Shown here in pieces: positions 49,183 to 62,289 of a stretch of 64,000 nt of DNA. Every line of letters begins with the position of its first letter. The stretch's first letter is position 1. The translations under genes were made by a program, and so were the position numbers. The stretch lies in contig NC_092673.1 in assembly GCF_964355755.1 (NCBI RefSeq), positions 16,985,648 through 17,049,647 of the forward strand. Reading direction: 5' to 3'. Source of the stretch: Antedon mediterranea (taxonomy: Eukaryota > Animalia > Echinodermata). The notes below the pieces were generated by a model. The model saw only the letters and a program-made list of their open reading frames with translations, had not been told where the DNA came from and did not search any database.

Positions 49183-49424
49183 GCTTAGGCTATTTATGCT
49201 CAAATTAAATGAAATGTAGTCTTGGACTATTTTCCCTTCAAAATAGGCAAGTTAATTTCAAAATAATGTTTTTCTGAATATTTTTTTTTTGATGCGTAAG
49301 AAATAGCTACATATGCGTGAGGCATAACAAAATTGGACCTCATGCGTGAGACTCATGCATTATGCATAAGAGTTGGCAGGTGTACAGTATACCATTTTCC
49401 TCATCAATGCCATTTTCATCATCT

Positions 49425-49975
49425 GCAATTTTCACCATCAATACAATTTTTACCATCAATATAATTTTCAGCATCGATACAATTTTCACCGTCAATACAT
49501 TTTTCACCATCAATACAATTTTCGCCATCAGTACAATTTTCACCATCAATACAATTTTCACCATCAATTTAATTTTCAGCATCGATACAATTTTCACCAT
49601 CAATACAATTTTCACAATCAATACAATTTTCACCACCAGTACAATTTTCACCATCAGTACAATTTTCAGCATCAATACAATTTTCACCATCAATACAATT
49701 TTCACCATCAATACAATTTTCACCATCAGTACAATTTTCACCATCAGTACAATTTTCACCATCAGTACAATTTTCACCATCAGTACAATTTTCACCATCA
49801 ATACAATTTTCACCATCAATACGATTTTCACCATCAATACAATTTTCACCATCAGTACAATTTTCACCATCAGTACAATTTTCACCATCAATACAATTTT
49901 CACCATCAATACAATTTTCACCATCAATACAATTTTCACCATCAATACAATTTTCACCATCAATACAATTTTCAT
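49425..49975. repeat. 18-bp minisatellite (accatcaatacaattttc), ~30 copies
   Basis: Direct inspection; explains three overlapping low-complexity ORFs. Confidence 0.97.
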
Positions 49976-52900
49976 TATCTGTGCCATTTTATTGATGCAA
50001 TTTTCATCATGATGATGATTAGGTTTAAAAAAGGTGGTAAAAAACTTTTTTTTGGAACCAGAGGCTTCCATTGGTACACCAAAGAGACGTAAAAAAATGA
50101 ATTCATAAAAAATGCAATATATAATATGTTATGTACCCAATATATCGTTTATTATTGTTCTGAAAAAATACTAAATAATAATGATATACATTCCAAAAAT
50201 TTATAAATTAACATATTTCTCGTTTTCGGCAGGAAATTTAACTGAAAATATTGGAATCTAATATCAAATAACCAGGCCGTTTATATTGTTAAGTTGGAAT
50301 AAATTCCAGTTGATAAAGTAATTGTTAACAATAACTAAATATGAATATCAATCAATATGTTATTACAAAATAGAAACAAAAATCATTATAAGAATGTTGT
50401 AAACATTTAAAAATAAATCACTTTGGGAATTGACAATTTAATAATTATCATTGTCAAATTGACCTTATAATATACTAGCAATTTTACCCGCCCGAGGTTT
50501 CAAACTTAGTTTAAAGCCTTCTCAGTACATAACACCCGACTCCAATAACACCCGACTCCAGTATCTCCCTATACTCACCAACCCCCACCCCTCTTCAATA
50601 ACACCCCACACTCTTTTAAAAAAAAAATAAATTCTTCCCCCAACAAATTCAATTCAACTTTAGCTTCAAAATGAGAGGGGTATACATAGCTATGATATGC
50701 CTATGGTTTAAGTACGTTGTAAACTGTGTAAATGAATAGGTGTCATATTGGCTGATAATTAAAATATCTAATTTTGGTATTGTGCCCTCCCCCCCCCCCC
50801 AGCCTTCTTTTTCCTTTAGCCATCCCAGCCACAATTAACTAACCTTAACTCTAGCCCAGGACAGTTCAAATGTAGTAACTTCATTACGCCAGTATTTCGG
50901 CTCCCCCTCCTCCCTCCTCCCCTCCTTCCCAACACACCCCAGATACTGGGTGATGTGTTTAGACGGTTCCAGTACTAATAATGTTAGCCATCACTCCAAC
51001 CCATAATCCCTCAGTGGCAGTTTTCAAATGTAGTTTAAAACGTTCCCAGTACAGTTTCAGTCATGGTGATAGGCCTACATCCCCACCCCAAACTCCCAGC
51101 CCCTTCCCAGTGATAATTAAAATACTTTAACAATTTCCTACCACAATTCTGGTCAATTTTATAGCCTACCACCCTTACCCTGAGCAAAATCTCCACTATC
51201 CCCTGAACCCCAACTCTCACACCCTATCTCCCCACCCACCTCTCCCACTAAATCCCCAGACTTTTTGAAATGTAGTTTAAAACCTTCCCGGTACAATTGC
51301 GATCATTTTGATACCCCATATGTATGGTTACATGCAGAAACAGAAATTTTTATAATGAACAAACATCGAAAGTATTTTCACATTTAATTTTTCCTTTTCT
51401 CTTCATGTCAAGCAATTTCTGTTATTTTCTTCATCACGTCTGTCTAATGAGTGAGTTCTCTCCTTTCAATTAGTTTAGTATGTCAACTTCAGATATTTGG
51501 GTAGTCTACAAGTAGGTTCTAGAATGTGTTTTGACATAATTTTAGTAAAAAGATAAATATATTGCCACATATGGTGTTTCATACATATGCTAATTTATCG
51601 ATTATCGAAAAAAAAAATTGAAACGCTATCCGGTGGACTAACATAAAAAAGAGAATATTAACTACAGACTTGGGGCAAGTCGTCTAATATTTGGGCAACT
51701 AATCTTTGTTATATGGATGATTTTACCAATGTACAGAAACAATTTTATTGCATTAAATATTTTTTCTTTAGTTTAAAATGTATGTCAGTATAGCGATTCA
51801 TTTGTTCATGTTTGAAAGAGTTGGTGTCAGTTTATTTCAAAATGGTAGCATAAATCAATGTCGATGACCTATTACAATATAGTACACTCTCCCTCCCCTG
51901 AAATTGACACTTAACAAGTATATAACTTTACTTATTCAATTTAACTTTACAATCAATTGTGTCAATAATTAATGCATTTTAAGTTAAAGGCCAAAACTTG
52001 AATAGGGAAAGCTGATATGTTTTGGTCTTTTTTGTCATAATTGTTAATGAAGTTTTTATTTTATATTTTTATATTATGAGAGTGACAAATAAAGTATTTT
52101 CACAAATATATATATTTTGGCCTTATGTGTACAATATAAATATAAAAAAAGATTTTCTAAGTTTAAACACTCAAGTCGCTAGCATTACAAAGAATATACA
52201 ATTTATTTTTAAAGAATTGTAGGTTAAAAAAAATGTCCTAAATAGGATATTTTTTGCAGTTTAATAAGCATGGCAGATTTGCTCCTGTATACTGAAATCC
52301 ATTAAAGATATATCGTCACCTGGAAAATATATATATATATTTCTTGAATATGCAATTTTAATGTCATAATATTAATAGTTAAAATAGTGAAAATAAAATT
52401 TTGTACTTGAAAATAATGCAAAAAATAGTCAAATTATCAGACAATGGGTTGAAACTGCAGAATTCCCTATTCAAAGTTTGATTTATTAATCTTCATTTTT
52501 CATGTTTTTGGGGGACAATATATCCAGTACCCTGTGGACCCCTGTTGAATAAATTTGAACCTGGTGAACTTAAGAACAACAATAATTAATGTTTAAATTT
52601 AAGCAACAACAAAATAAAGCTTATTGACTGATGATTGACAGTTTGGATGTATTTGTCATTGTCATGATAATAAAACAATTTAAAATAAAAAAGTAAACAA
52701 AATGTTTTTATTGTTCATGTGGATTGTTATTTTTTGTTTAATTTTGCATAAAGCATGCACACTACTCACAGATAGTGTATCTTAGTTTCATTATGCAAAT
52801 TACGATTTTGTAGGTTAGATATTCATAATTAGGTGATACATTTTATATAAGGGCACTCTCCATACTAATGGGGAATTTAGGTGTAAGTTTCATTTTGATT

Positions 52901-53550
52901 GGTTCAGAAATGGTAATGGTAACATGCATAGTGAACAGGCTTGATGTGGGTTTTGTTTATTATATATAATTTAAATTTATATAAATTATTTAATAATTAA
53001 GTTAATATAAATATCAGGATAAGGATAAAACTGGTCAACAATTGTGGACAAATATTTCACTGTCACCTATCACCATCCTCAGAATTCTATTTCCTATGGT
53101 GATGTCCAGAAGAGGATTAGTTGGAATCGGAATTAGAATGCTGTGAGAGTATCACTGAAATATTCATTACAAAATATCATGTTGTTTACAACTAACACAT
53201 AAGAATAATCATTTGTGAATTTAAATACTTGGTAATATCATGAAGGAAATAAAAAAGATTACATTATTTTTTCCTCCATGATAGTACACAGTGTGTCTTG
53301 CTTTTGTGTGTACACTCTTTTATTGACTTAACCAGCTTGACTGGATATCCAGATGCCAATTGTGTAGTAAAATGATTTCACTTAACCAACTTGACTGGAC
53401 AATATGCAGATACCAATTGTGTAGTAAAATGATTTATATGCTCTAGTTAACATGTTTTTTACAAAAGGTTGTTCTTTGTTAATATGAAGTATAGAAACTA
53501 CTTATAATAATAATATAAGTTGACAACTTATATTTTCTGTTATTTTTCAG

Positions 53551-53683
53551 TATGCAAGACTGACTCTCAAAGTCATGTGATACACAGAACGCTGTAAACT
53601 AGGTGTTGGCACTTAGCATAACAATAAACACCTTTGACGATGGACCAGAGAATGGAGGAATATTCAGACATGAACCTACAAGG
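53551..53683 (+). other. Probable upstream exon of the ankyrin gene (5'UTR or alternative start)
   Basis: tttttcag acceptor and gtaagt donor; ATG at 53640 reads MDQRMEEYSDMNLQG, ending in phase 2, compatible with the 58095 acceptor. Confidence 0.5.
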
Positions 53684-54031
53684 GTAAGTTATGGTTACCA
53701 ATACCAGCAACTCTTTATGAATTTATTGTTAGCCTGTGAGTTATATTATTCTTGTTTGTATTTCATTACAGTAATTTGACTTTTTAAGCTCTTTGTCATT
53801 TGAAAGTTACAAATAAACAGTACAGTTAAACAAACGCAAGACACATGAATTATGATTTATCTAATCCAGCAGAAGTATGTTGTGTGAGAACATAGATTAC
53901 AATTTTGTTTGTGATAAACTTACAGAAGCTCTGTCTACACTATCAAACTACAGTATTTGGACAAAAAGGTCAGGTCAGGTCGTACAGATCATCTTCAGGC
54001 AGTAACACCAGCATACAGGTCATCTTCATTC

Positions 54032-55588
54032 CAGTGGTGGCGCCAGCGGGGGGGCTACGAGGGCTCTAGCCCCCTCGTCAGGGAGCCTAGCCCCCCCGTC
54101 GGGGAACACGGGTACTTTTTGTCGGGGAATATAATATACAGTAAAAAACGTTCGCGTTCACTTCATATAGCTTCAGCGCCTAGAAAACTACGACGTTCCA
54201 TTGACCGTGAGAGTACGTCAGAGGGCTAATATGCACTTTTATGCATTCATTATTGCCAGCGATCTAACTTACTACTAAACATTAGCTTGGTACGCACTTG
54301 TCTGGCGGTATCCCTTTGTACGAATCGTTCAACGTTGGGTCGAGACGCGTGATATCAAGTTTCATCCAGGGACCAAAATGTGTAATGTAGTTATTTTCCA
54401 GGCGAAGTTTACAGACGGTTACCGAAGGGAACACAGGTACTTTTTGTCGGGGAATATAATATAGAGTAAAAAGCGTTCGCGTTCACTTCGTAGCTAGCTT
54501 CAGCGCCTAGAAAACCGCGACGTTTCATTGACCGTGAGAGTACGTCAGAGTGATATTATGCACTTTATATGCATTCATTATTTCAAGCGATCTAACTTAC
54601 TACTAAACAATAGCTAGGTACGCACTTGTCTGGCGGTATCCCTTTGTACGAATCGTTCAACGTTGGGTCGAGACGCGTGATATCATGTTCCATCCAGGAA
54701 CCAAAATGTGTACTGTAGTTATTTTCCAGGCGAAGTTTACAGACGGTTACGTCGTGTACTGCGTCGACGTACGCTACACTACAGCAAAAACGAATTATGT
54801 TAATTGTTCGTATGTTCACCAATTTTTTAATTTACAAGTAACCTTCTGTACCGTGGGGCACCTAAAATAAATTTTTCATCCATTACTATTACTAAACAAA
54901 AAAATATGCCCTTTTCGATTAGCCAACATCTTATTATAGCTAAGTTATAACATTTTCAATATCCTGTATGTCATGAATTTCTCACCACTCGGAAGTCCAG
55001 ATGGTACGCACGCATACACCTGGGAGGAATAAACTTATTTCCCCGACTGAAAAAGGTCTACTCTTGCGTTTTTTAAGCCTCTAGGCCTGATGTTTCCAAA
55101 GTATAAAATGCAATTTTTTGAAGACCTGCAGCTCTAGTTTTAAATATTTTCTTAGCTCAGCCCCAACAATAAAGCTGGTCATATTTCGAAGCTCAGTCAC
55201 AACCATGATAGGGACGTCTATATTTTGTTTCATGTTTTGAAGTATGATAAGTCAAATTTCAGGGACGTCCAACTCTATTTTTCTAAATTTTCTTTGAACA
55301 TTTATTTTTTAAATTGAAAAATATGGATTGAAACAGTCATCGCGCATCGTTTTTTTACACGCAGTATTTTATTTATGCATTATAAAAAAATGGAAAAAAT
55401 GGCTACCCTAAATCTGATTAAAAAGACCTCAAATGACGCTAGAACGCGTGGCTCCCGAGGGCTTCGCCCCCCTGGACCCCCACCGGGGGCCCTTGGCGGC
55501 CCCCTGGCCCCCAGCCTAGTGATGCTCGCATAGCCCCCTCGTCGGGGAATGTAGCCTCCGCGTCGCGAAGATCCTGGCGCCACCCCTG
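54032..55588. mobile_element. hAT-like non-autonomous element with 8-bp TSD and an internal ~320-bp duplication
   Basis: cagtggtggcgccag...ctggcgccacccctg; CTTCATTC on both sides; inserted in a 31-bp tandem repeat. Confidence 0.88.
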
Positions 55589-55799
55589 CTTCATTCAGTA
55601 ACACCAGCATACACATCATCTTCATTCAGTAACACCAGCATACAGGTTATCTTCATTCAGTAACACCAGCATACACATCATCTTCATTCAGTAACACCAG
55701 CATACACGTCATCTTCATTCAGTAACACCAGCATACACGTCATCTTCATTCAGTAACACCAGCATACAGGTCATCTTCATTCAGTACACTAGCATACAG
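55589..55799. repeat. 31-bp minisatellite (cagtaacaccagcatacacgtcatcttcatt)
   Basis: About 6.5 copies right of the hAT element and one more copy left of it (54000-54031). Confidence 0.92.
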
Positions 55800-56132
55800 A
55801 TACAAGTTAATTGTCGTTGCCTTTAATGCAAAGGTATCTGTCTGATGGAATTATATTTTATACATGCTGTATGTATGAAACACATACAGTAATGTTGAAA
55901 TATAAAATGTTTCTGCTGGAATAGCTTTTCATTCTGATAATACTGAAAGTTTCCATCCATTTGTATATCCAGTAAGCAATTGATTATTATCAGTATTGCC
56001 TTTGTACCACACAGTTACTGTGACACAAACAATTGGTATTTTTTGCATTGCATTGTTTTGAATACAACACACATATTAGGAATTAATGATGAATCGCACT
56101 AGTTTCTTTTATTTCCTGAAAATTATTTGTAA

Positions 56133-56235
56133 AGCTCTGTCTACACCACCATATATGGACATGATGAGGTCATATCACTACCCTATTTGAGAACATAACA
56201 ATTTCTTTGTCAAGTTTGATATTGTAGACAGAGCT
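56133..56235. mobile_element. Small MITE
   Basis: agctctgtctaca...tgtagacagagct TIRs; a solo end at 53927. Confidence 0.65.
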
Positions 56236-56260
56236 GTGGTTTGTCTAACAAAAGCTATGC

Positions 56261-57101
56261 ATTTAATAACCTCAGGCTACAGAGTTGGAGATATGAACAT
56301 TTAATAACCTCAGGCTACAGAGTTGGAGATATGAACATTTAATAACCTCAGGCTACAGAGTTGGAGATATGAACATTTAATAACCTCAGGCTACAGAGTT
56401 GGAGATATGAACATTTAATAACCTCAGGCTACAGAGTTGGAGATATGAACATTTAATAACCTCAGGCTACAGAGTTGGAGATATGAACATTTAATAACCT
56501 CAGGCTACAGAGTTGGAGATATGAACATTTAATAACCTCAGGCTACAGAGTTGGAGATATGAACATTTAATAACCTCAGGCTACAGAGTTGGAGATATGA
56601 ACATTTAATAACCTCAGGCTACAGAGTTGGAGATATGAACATTTAATAACCTCAGGCTACAGAGTTGGAGATATGAACATTTAATAACCTCAGGCTACAG
56701 AGTTGGAGATATGAACATTTAATAACCTCAGGCTACAGAGTTGGAGATATGAACATTTAATAACCTCAGGCTACAGAGTTGGAGATATGAACATTTAATA
56801 ACCTCAGGCTACAGAGTTGGAGATATGAACATTTAATAACCTCAGGCTACAGAGTTGGAGATATGAACATTTAATAACCTCAGGCTACAGAGTTGGAGAT
56901 ATGAACATTTAATAACCTCAGGCTACAGAGTTGGAGATATGAACATTTAATAACCTCAGGCTACAGAGTTGGAGATATGAACATTTAATAACCTCAGGCT
57001 ACAGAGTTGGAGATATGAACATTTAATAACCTCAGGCTACAGAGTTGGAGATATGAACATTTAATAACCTCAGGCTACAGAGTTGGAGATATGAACATTT
57101 A
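56261..57101. repeat. 38-bp perfect minisatellite, 22 copies
   Basis: atttaataacctcaggctacagagttggagatatgaac repeated with no visible variant. Confidence 0.98.
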
Positions 57102-57725
57102 AAATCAGACAAGATAGTATCAGACAATTTGATAGCTATAAAGATGTATTATTCCCCATTTAAAAATAATAATTCATTTTTTTGGTTGAATGCCATTTTA
57201 ATGTCCCATAATAGGTATCCACTGTGACCAAAAATTTGATTGAAAACATTTTTTTACCTGAAAAAGCAAAAAATTAATCAATTTGGCTGCCTTTGTGTAA
57301 AGTGAAAACGTTATTTCTTTTCGTTTTTTTGTGTACAGAAGTGATTAACTTTATTAAAACTACAAAATAACCAGCTATTAAAAGTCTGATTTAATTAATC
57401 TTCATTTTTCATGTTTTTGGGTGACAATCTTTAAACTTATATTTTAACAAAATGACATTGTTGTGAGTATCAGTAGCTGTATCTCAATGTACAAATATAA
57501 TAAGCAAAAGCTAAATCAAAACAACAAAGTAAAACAGCCAGCATCAGAAACATCTATATTACTTCAATAGGAATTTAGATAGTTTATATAGAAATACAGA
57601 TAGTTTACATCCCAGGAAAGATTAAATGTTTACCTTTTATATTTTCAGAAGAGAATGTGTAGGCTTACTTTTATACTAGAAGCTATCAGCATTAATTATT
57701 GTTAAATGAAGACATTGTATTGAAA

Positions 57726-59441
57726 ATGGAAAGGTAGGTTTTTTAATTGTATTATTTCAAATCAAACAGATTAACCTTCAATTAATTTATAGTTTAAATG
57801 AAAAAAACACTTTAAGATATTATTTTGAGAAACTTTTCAAATAAAACATAAATATTACAATTAAAGGGCCCATTTGACAGAATCAAGAGGTTATATGCAT
57901 GATAATAAAATTATATTACAATTAAAGGGCCCATTTGACAGAATCAAGAGGTTATATGCATGATAATAAAATTATGTTACAATTAAAGGGCCCATTTTCA
58001 TCAAATATAATGATGATAATATTATTTTCATCAATCGTCATTTTCATAAAATAATGTAACATTTCATTATAATCTTTTATAATCATTTTAACAGGAACAA
58101 ATTAGAAGAAGCTTTGCACAGGAATGATTTGCAAACAGTTAAACACATTTGTAGAACACAGCCAGATCTTGTGAAATCTATCAATGAGGTATTACAAATA
58201 TATTTTCATAATATTAACAAAAAGAAATTCTTTTCATTGAAATTTAAAATTGTTTACTACATTATTTAGCTGTAATTTGTGCTGCTGTTTATATAGAAAG
58301 AAAACCAATTTAACATAATGTCTGTTGTCAGTATTTATAAACTATATTATTTTAATTCTTTTCCAGGATGGGAACACTCCACTACATGAATATCTAAGAA
58401 CAGTAAATCCTACCTTAGATATAGTGACTTGTCTTGTACAGAATGACACATCTGCAGCAACATTGCAAAATAAGGTAATCTACATGCTAGTGTAGTAGGC
58501 AACCATTCTCTGCAGTAAACCATTTTATTTGTTTATCAATAATGACAAATAGGATTTTATACTACATTATTTAGTTGTAATTATTGCTGTTGTTTATATT
58601 TACAGATAAACAATTTCACATAATGTCTGTTGTCAGTATTTATAAACTTCATGATTATGAGTCCTTTCCAGGATGTATATTGGAAATTGACTATACTATT
58701 ATAGTTAGGTGCTTAAACCATTTGAAACAAACTAAATTGCTCAGAAAGCAAATGGCCCTCTGACAAAAGTAATCTTTGTTCCCCCTTTTGATTTATTTCT
58801 GGTTCCACTCTGGGTACCCTGATTTCAGTTCCATTTTGAATTTGTCATCAAAAAGAGCAATTATATATAATGTTTATTTCTGGTTCCGCTCCTGGGTACC
58901 CTGATTTCAGTTCCATTTTGAATTTGAGCAATTATATATAATGCAAACTATAGATTGATTATTAATTTACATTATACATTTTTGTTACAAATATGTTCAT
59001 TAGTATCATACTCTAGTGTAATAGGCTAACATTCTATATAATCTTTAAACATGTGTCTTGGTTCATATAACCTTTCACCGTGACCTTTTGACCTTTCAAC
59101 ACATTTTCAAAATGTGTATACCAAGCAAAAAATGATTGTTTGACATCAAAACCAATTTCTGAAGACAAATTCTTTGGACCTCTGTAGTAGTAGTAGTAGT
59201 AGCTACTACAGTATCATTAATTATGACCATTTTATATCTGTTTTCTTGTTAGTAGAACAACCTAATTGCACACATGATGTGTAATAAACCAATCAAATCA
59301 GATACACTAGTCAGGTGTCTTATAATACTGTATATGTAAATGTATGTTTTTTATAGGAGGGGAATACACCTGTGAATGTTTTAGAAAATAACACGCAGAT
59401 GGTTTACCAGGAAAACGAACAGATTTTAAAGTTCTTTGACA
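57726..59441 (+). CDS. Ankyrin-repeat protein, N-terminal exons (3'-incomplete in window)
   Basis: Exons 57726-57733 (ATG GAA AG), 58095-58188, 58367-58474, 59357-59441 give MERNKLEEALHRNDLQTVKHICRTQPDLVKSINE DGNTPLHEYLRTVNPTLDIVTCLVQNDTSAATLQNK EGNTPVNVLENN...ILKFFD; GxTPLH ankyrin motif with phase-0 repeat exons. Confidence 0.85.
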
Positions 59442-59513
59442 GTAAGTAAGTTTTCTATTAAAATTGTAATTAATAAACTAAAGGACAGCCAGTTTTTAAT
59501 TTTGTTCTAAGAT

Positions 59514-59770
59514 GCGTGTGATGGCCGAGCGGTTAAGAGAGTGGAACCGTAATCCAGTCTTAATATCAGCAAGGGTTCAAGGCTCACCCCCTCCGTAGTT
59601 TTAGTGGTAGAACAAGTCTTCTTGGATAAGGACTATAAACCGTAATTCCAGTATACACAAATGCTTGTTTGCACTTTGAAGAACCTAGTACATCTTTCGA
59701 AATGAGTATTGGGTTACCTCAATTTACTTGTTCACACACAGCCACAAATTGTATAGATAATTTAGAAGTT
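59514..59770 (+). mobile_element. tRNA-derived SINE with Deu/Nin-like core
   Basis: A box tggccgagcgg, B-box-like ggttcaaggc, core ggataaggactataaaccgta...gcactttgaagaacc...gagtattgggttacc. Confidence 0.75.
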
Positions 59771-60355
59771 TTGGCCATTTTTAAGGAGTGTTATCTTAGA
59801 AAATAGCTTACCATATGTCTTTATATTCATGCATTGGATATTCTTGTTGGATAGTGACACACCGGTATGCTTTCAGCGAGAAAAAATTATTATGCAATCA
59901 ATTATTGTAACTGAAAAATTGCATTTTTTGGTTTTTAGTGTAAATTTAAAAACATAACCAATGAATCCCTTTAGAATAGTAGCTAACCTGGTTGTAATTG
60001 TTACTGTCATTATAAACACTGGCCAAAATGTATTTAAATCATCATGGATGATGTTAAAGGTAAAGGTTGTTACACAGTACATACATAAAGCCTATAGACA
60101 TCACCACACACATAATAGTGCAATAACATTTAACTATCTGGTAATGAATAATATGATCAGTTTGTAGCCAGGCATGGTACCATTTCTGTAACAAATAATG
60201 TTCCATTATTATCTAAGTTGAATGAATGTTTGGTTTATATAAAACATTTTTAAAGTTTTAGGTTTTGAATCATTAACTAGCAGAATCAAAAGCATTCATT
60301 CAAGACTTACCTCGTGCCTATTAGTTTCAAGAATATAAATATTTTTTGTCCTTAA

Positions 60356-60907
60356 AGGAAAGGAACATCCTAATATTTTACCTAACTATTATAAAAATAA
60401 CCCTAACAACTTAATATTCAGAACAATTTATGTTTAAATTGGATTTGTAGTTTTCTAGTAAACAGGATTTTAAAGCTGTTTTCAAGACATTTGAAAATCG
60501 CTATCTTGTGCTCACGGCAGCCTGTTTGTGACGTCAGATACGACCGACGAAAATTTTAAGATTCGCGGTTGCATTCGGCGCTTCTATTGGCTAAGCGAAT
60601 CCGCTAATATGATTGGCTAATAACGCTAATTTATGGTTATATCCCGCACTTCCATATTGAAATACTGTACTAAGACGATGGACGCTTGGATTTGCTTGAA
60701 TGCGTCCACCTAATCTGACGTCACATAATTGCTCTTAACCTGTCAAAATGGCGCTATTCAATTTCCGATATGTTGTCGTTTAAAAGTCTATTTTTTTACT
60801 GAATTGCTTACTATTGTACCTTGAACCATTGTAATCATTTTCGTTTCGTTTTTATTACATTTATCTATAAGCACAGTGGAATATTTAGCCCAGGGTGTTC
60901 CTTTCCT
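60356..60907. mobile_element. Kolobok-like MITE
   Basis: TTAA|AGGAAAGGAACATCCT...AGGGTGTTCCTTTCCT|TTAA. Confidence 0.85.
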
Positions 60908-60974
60908 TTAAGTCAGTTTTTTCTGAAAGAGTAGTGGTAGATTTGTTTTGTGCGTACTAGTACTGGTGCACCAC

Positions 60975-61473
60975 AAGGTACCGTATTGGCACCTTTTTTC
61001 GTTTGGAGTAAAGCAGGATATTTGTAAAATGTTTTACTCATCAGTGATGTTATCTATTTGGGGTTATTGTATGTTGGGCTGGGCAGGGAATATCAGTAAA
61101 GGGGATAAAGACCGAATTGAAAAGGTGCTGGGTAGAGCGGGGAAAGTAATTGGTTCGTCTGTGCAAACGCTTGACTCTTTCTACAGCGAACGTCTTGCCG
61201 ATGTGTTCCATGCTATATTGGAAGACACCAAGCATCCTCTTCATAAGGACATTATCGGCTCCGTTATCGTTAGAAGTGGTAGGATGAGGACGGTGAATGC
61301 GCAGACGGACCGTTACAAGTACTCGTTCTACCCAGCTGGGATAAGGCATTATAACAAAACATTTGTTAGATAGTCCCCTTTACAATTATATTTATTTTAG
61401 GCAAGCCAAAGTTTATGAGCACTGTAATTTCCATTACTATTTTGGACAATAAATGAATCTGTATCTGTATCTG
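60975..61473 (+). mobile_element. 5'-truncated Rex1/Babar-like LINE 3' end
   Basis: SFGVKQDICKMFYSSVMLSIWGYCMLGWAGN...HPLH...RSGRMR...TDRYKYSFYPAGIRHYN*, then aataaa and a (tctgta)n tail. Confidence 0.8.
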
Positions 61474-62289
61474 CATAAAAGTGTCTCCTCAACCTACACA
61501 GCTTTTCACAGTACAAAGAATCATATAAACTACAGTAATGGGAAAACAACTGTAGTAAATTATCCTTTAATTACATAGTTTAAGTATTAATGTCTAAGAA
61601 GAAAAAAGACTGAAGTGAATGTTATGTTCATCTACTTTTTTATTACTAAATACTAAAAGCCTTTGTTGTGAAATAATAAAAGCTTATTAAAATTGAATTG
61701 AAAAATAGTGTGGTACACATATATAGGAAGGAAGGATGGATGCCACCCAAATGTAGCCTGGTTTTGTTTAGTCCAACAAGCTGCATTGTTTTGTCCACTT
61801 AATAGTAATAATACTACTACTAGCCTAGGCCTAGAAATACCATTAACTTTTTTTTTTCTCAACAGGGGCCTAAGCACTCTACTACTAACGAAGAAAGAGT
61901 TATATAGGCCTAGCTTATATGGTTTTCTTGCAAATATTAATCATCTGTTTATAATTGTTAGTTTTACTGCCATTATTAGACACCCAGCATTATTAGCCTA
62001 GAGTAGTATACTGCTACTCAGTCCTAACCAGCTAGGAAGTATATTGAGTCAGTAGCCTACTACACTAGCTAGCTATGGCCAGGCTAGGACGTCGTGTGGA
62101 TAGGGGTAGTAACAAAGTGCGAGGCAGCGAGGCACGCGAGGCAGGGAAGGCATGCGAGGCAAGTCAGAAATTTATGCGAGGCATCGTTTTACCATCATCA
62201 AAAAATGCGAGGCATCATTTTATCATTTCTCAAAATTGCAAGGCAGGAAATCACCGAAATTGAAGTAGCCTAGGCCTAGGCCCGCTAGG

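Noticed and set aside
49340-50092. Three overlapping long ORFs (MVKIVL, TINTIF, HHQYNF repeats)
   Set aside because: Artefacts of a stop-free 18-bp minisatellite.
59514-59600. tRNA gene (also 16636-16715)
   Set aside because: A/B boxes present but no complete cloverleaf; the 59514 copy continues into a SINE core.
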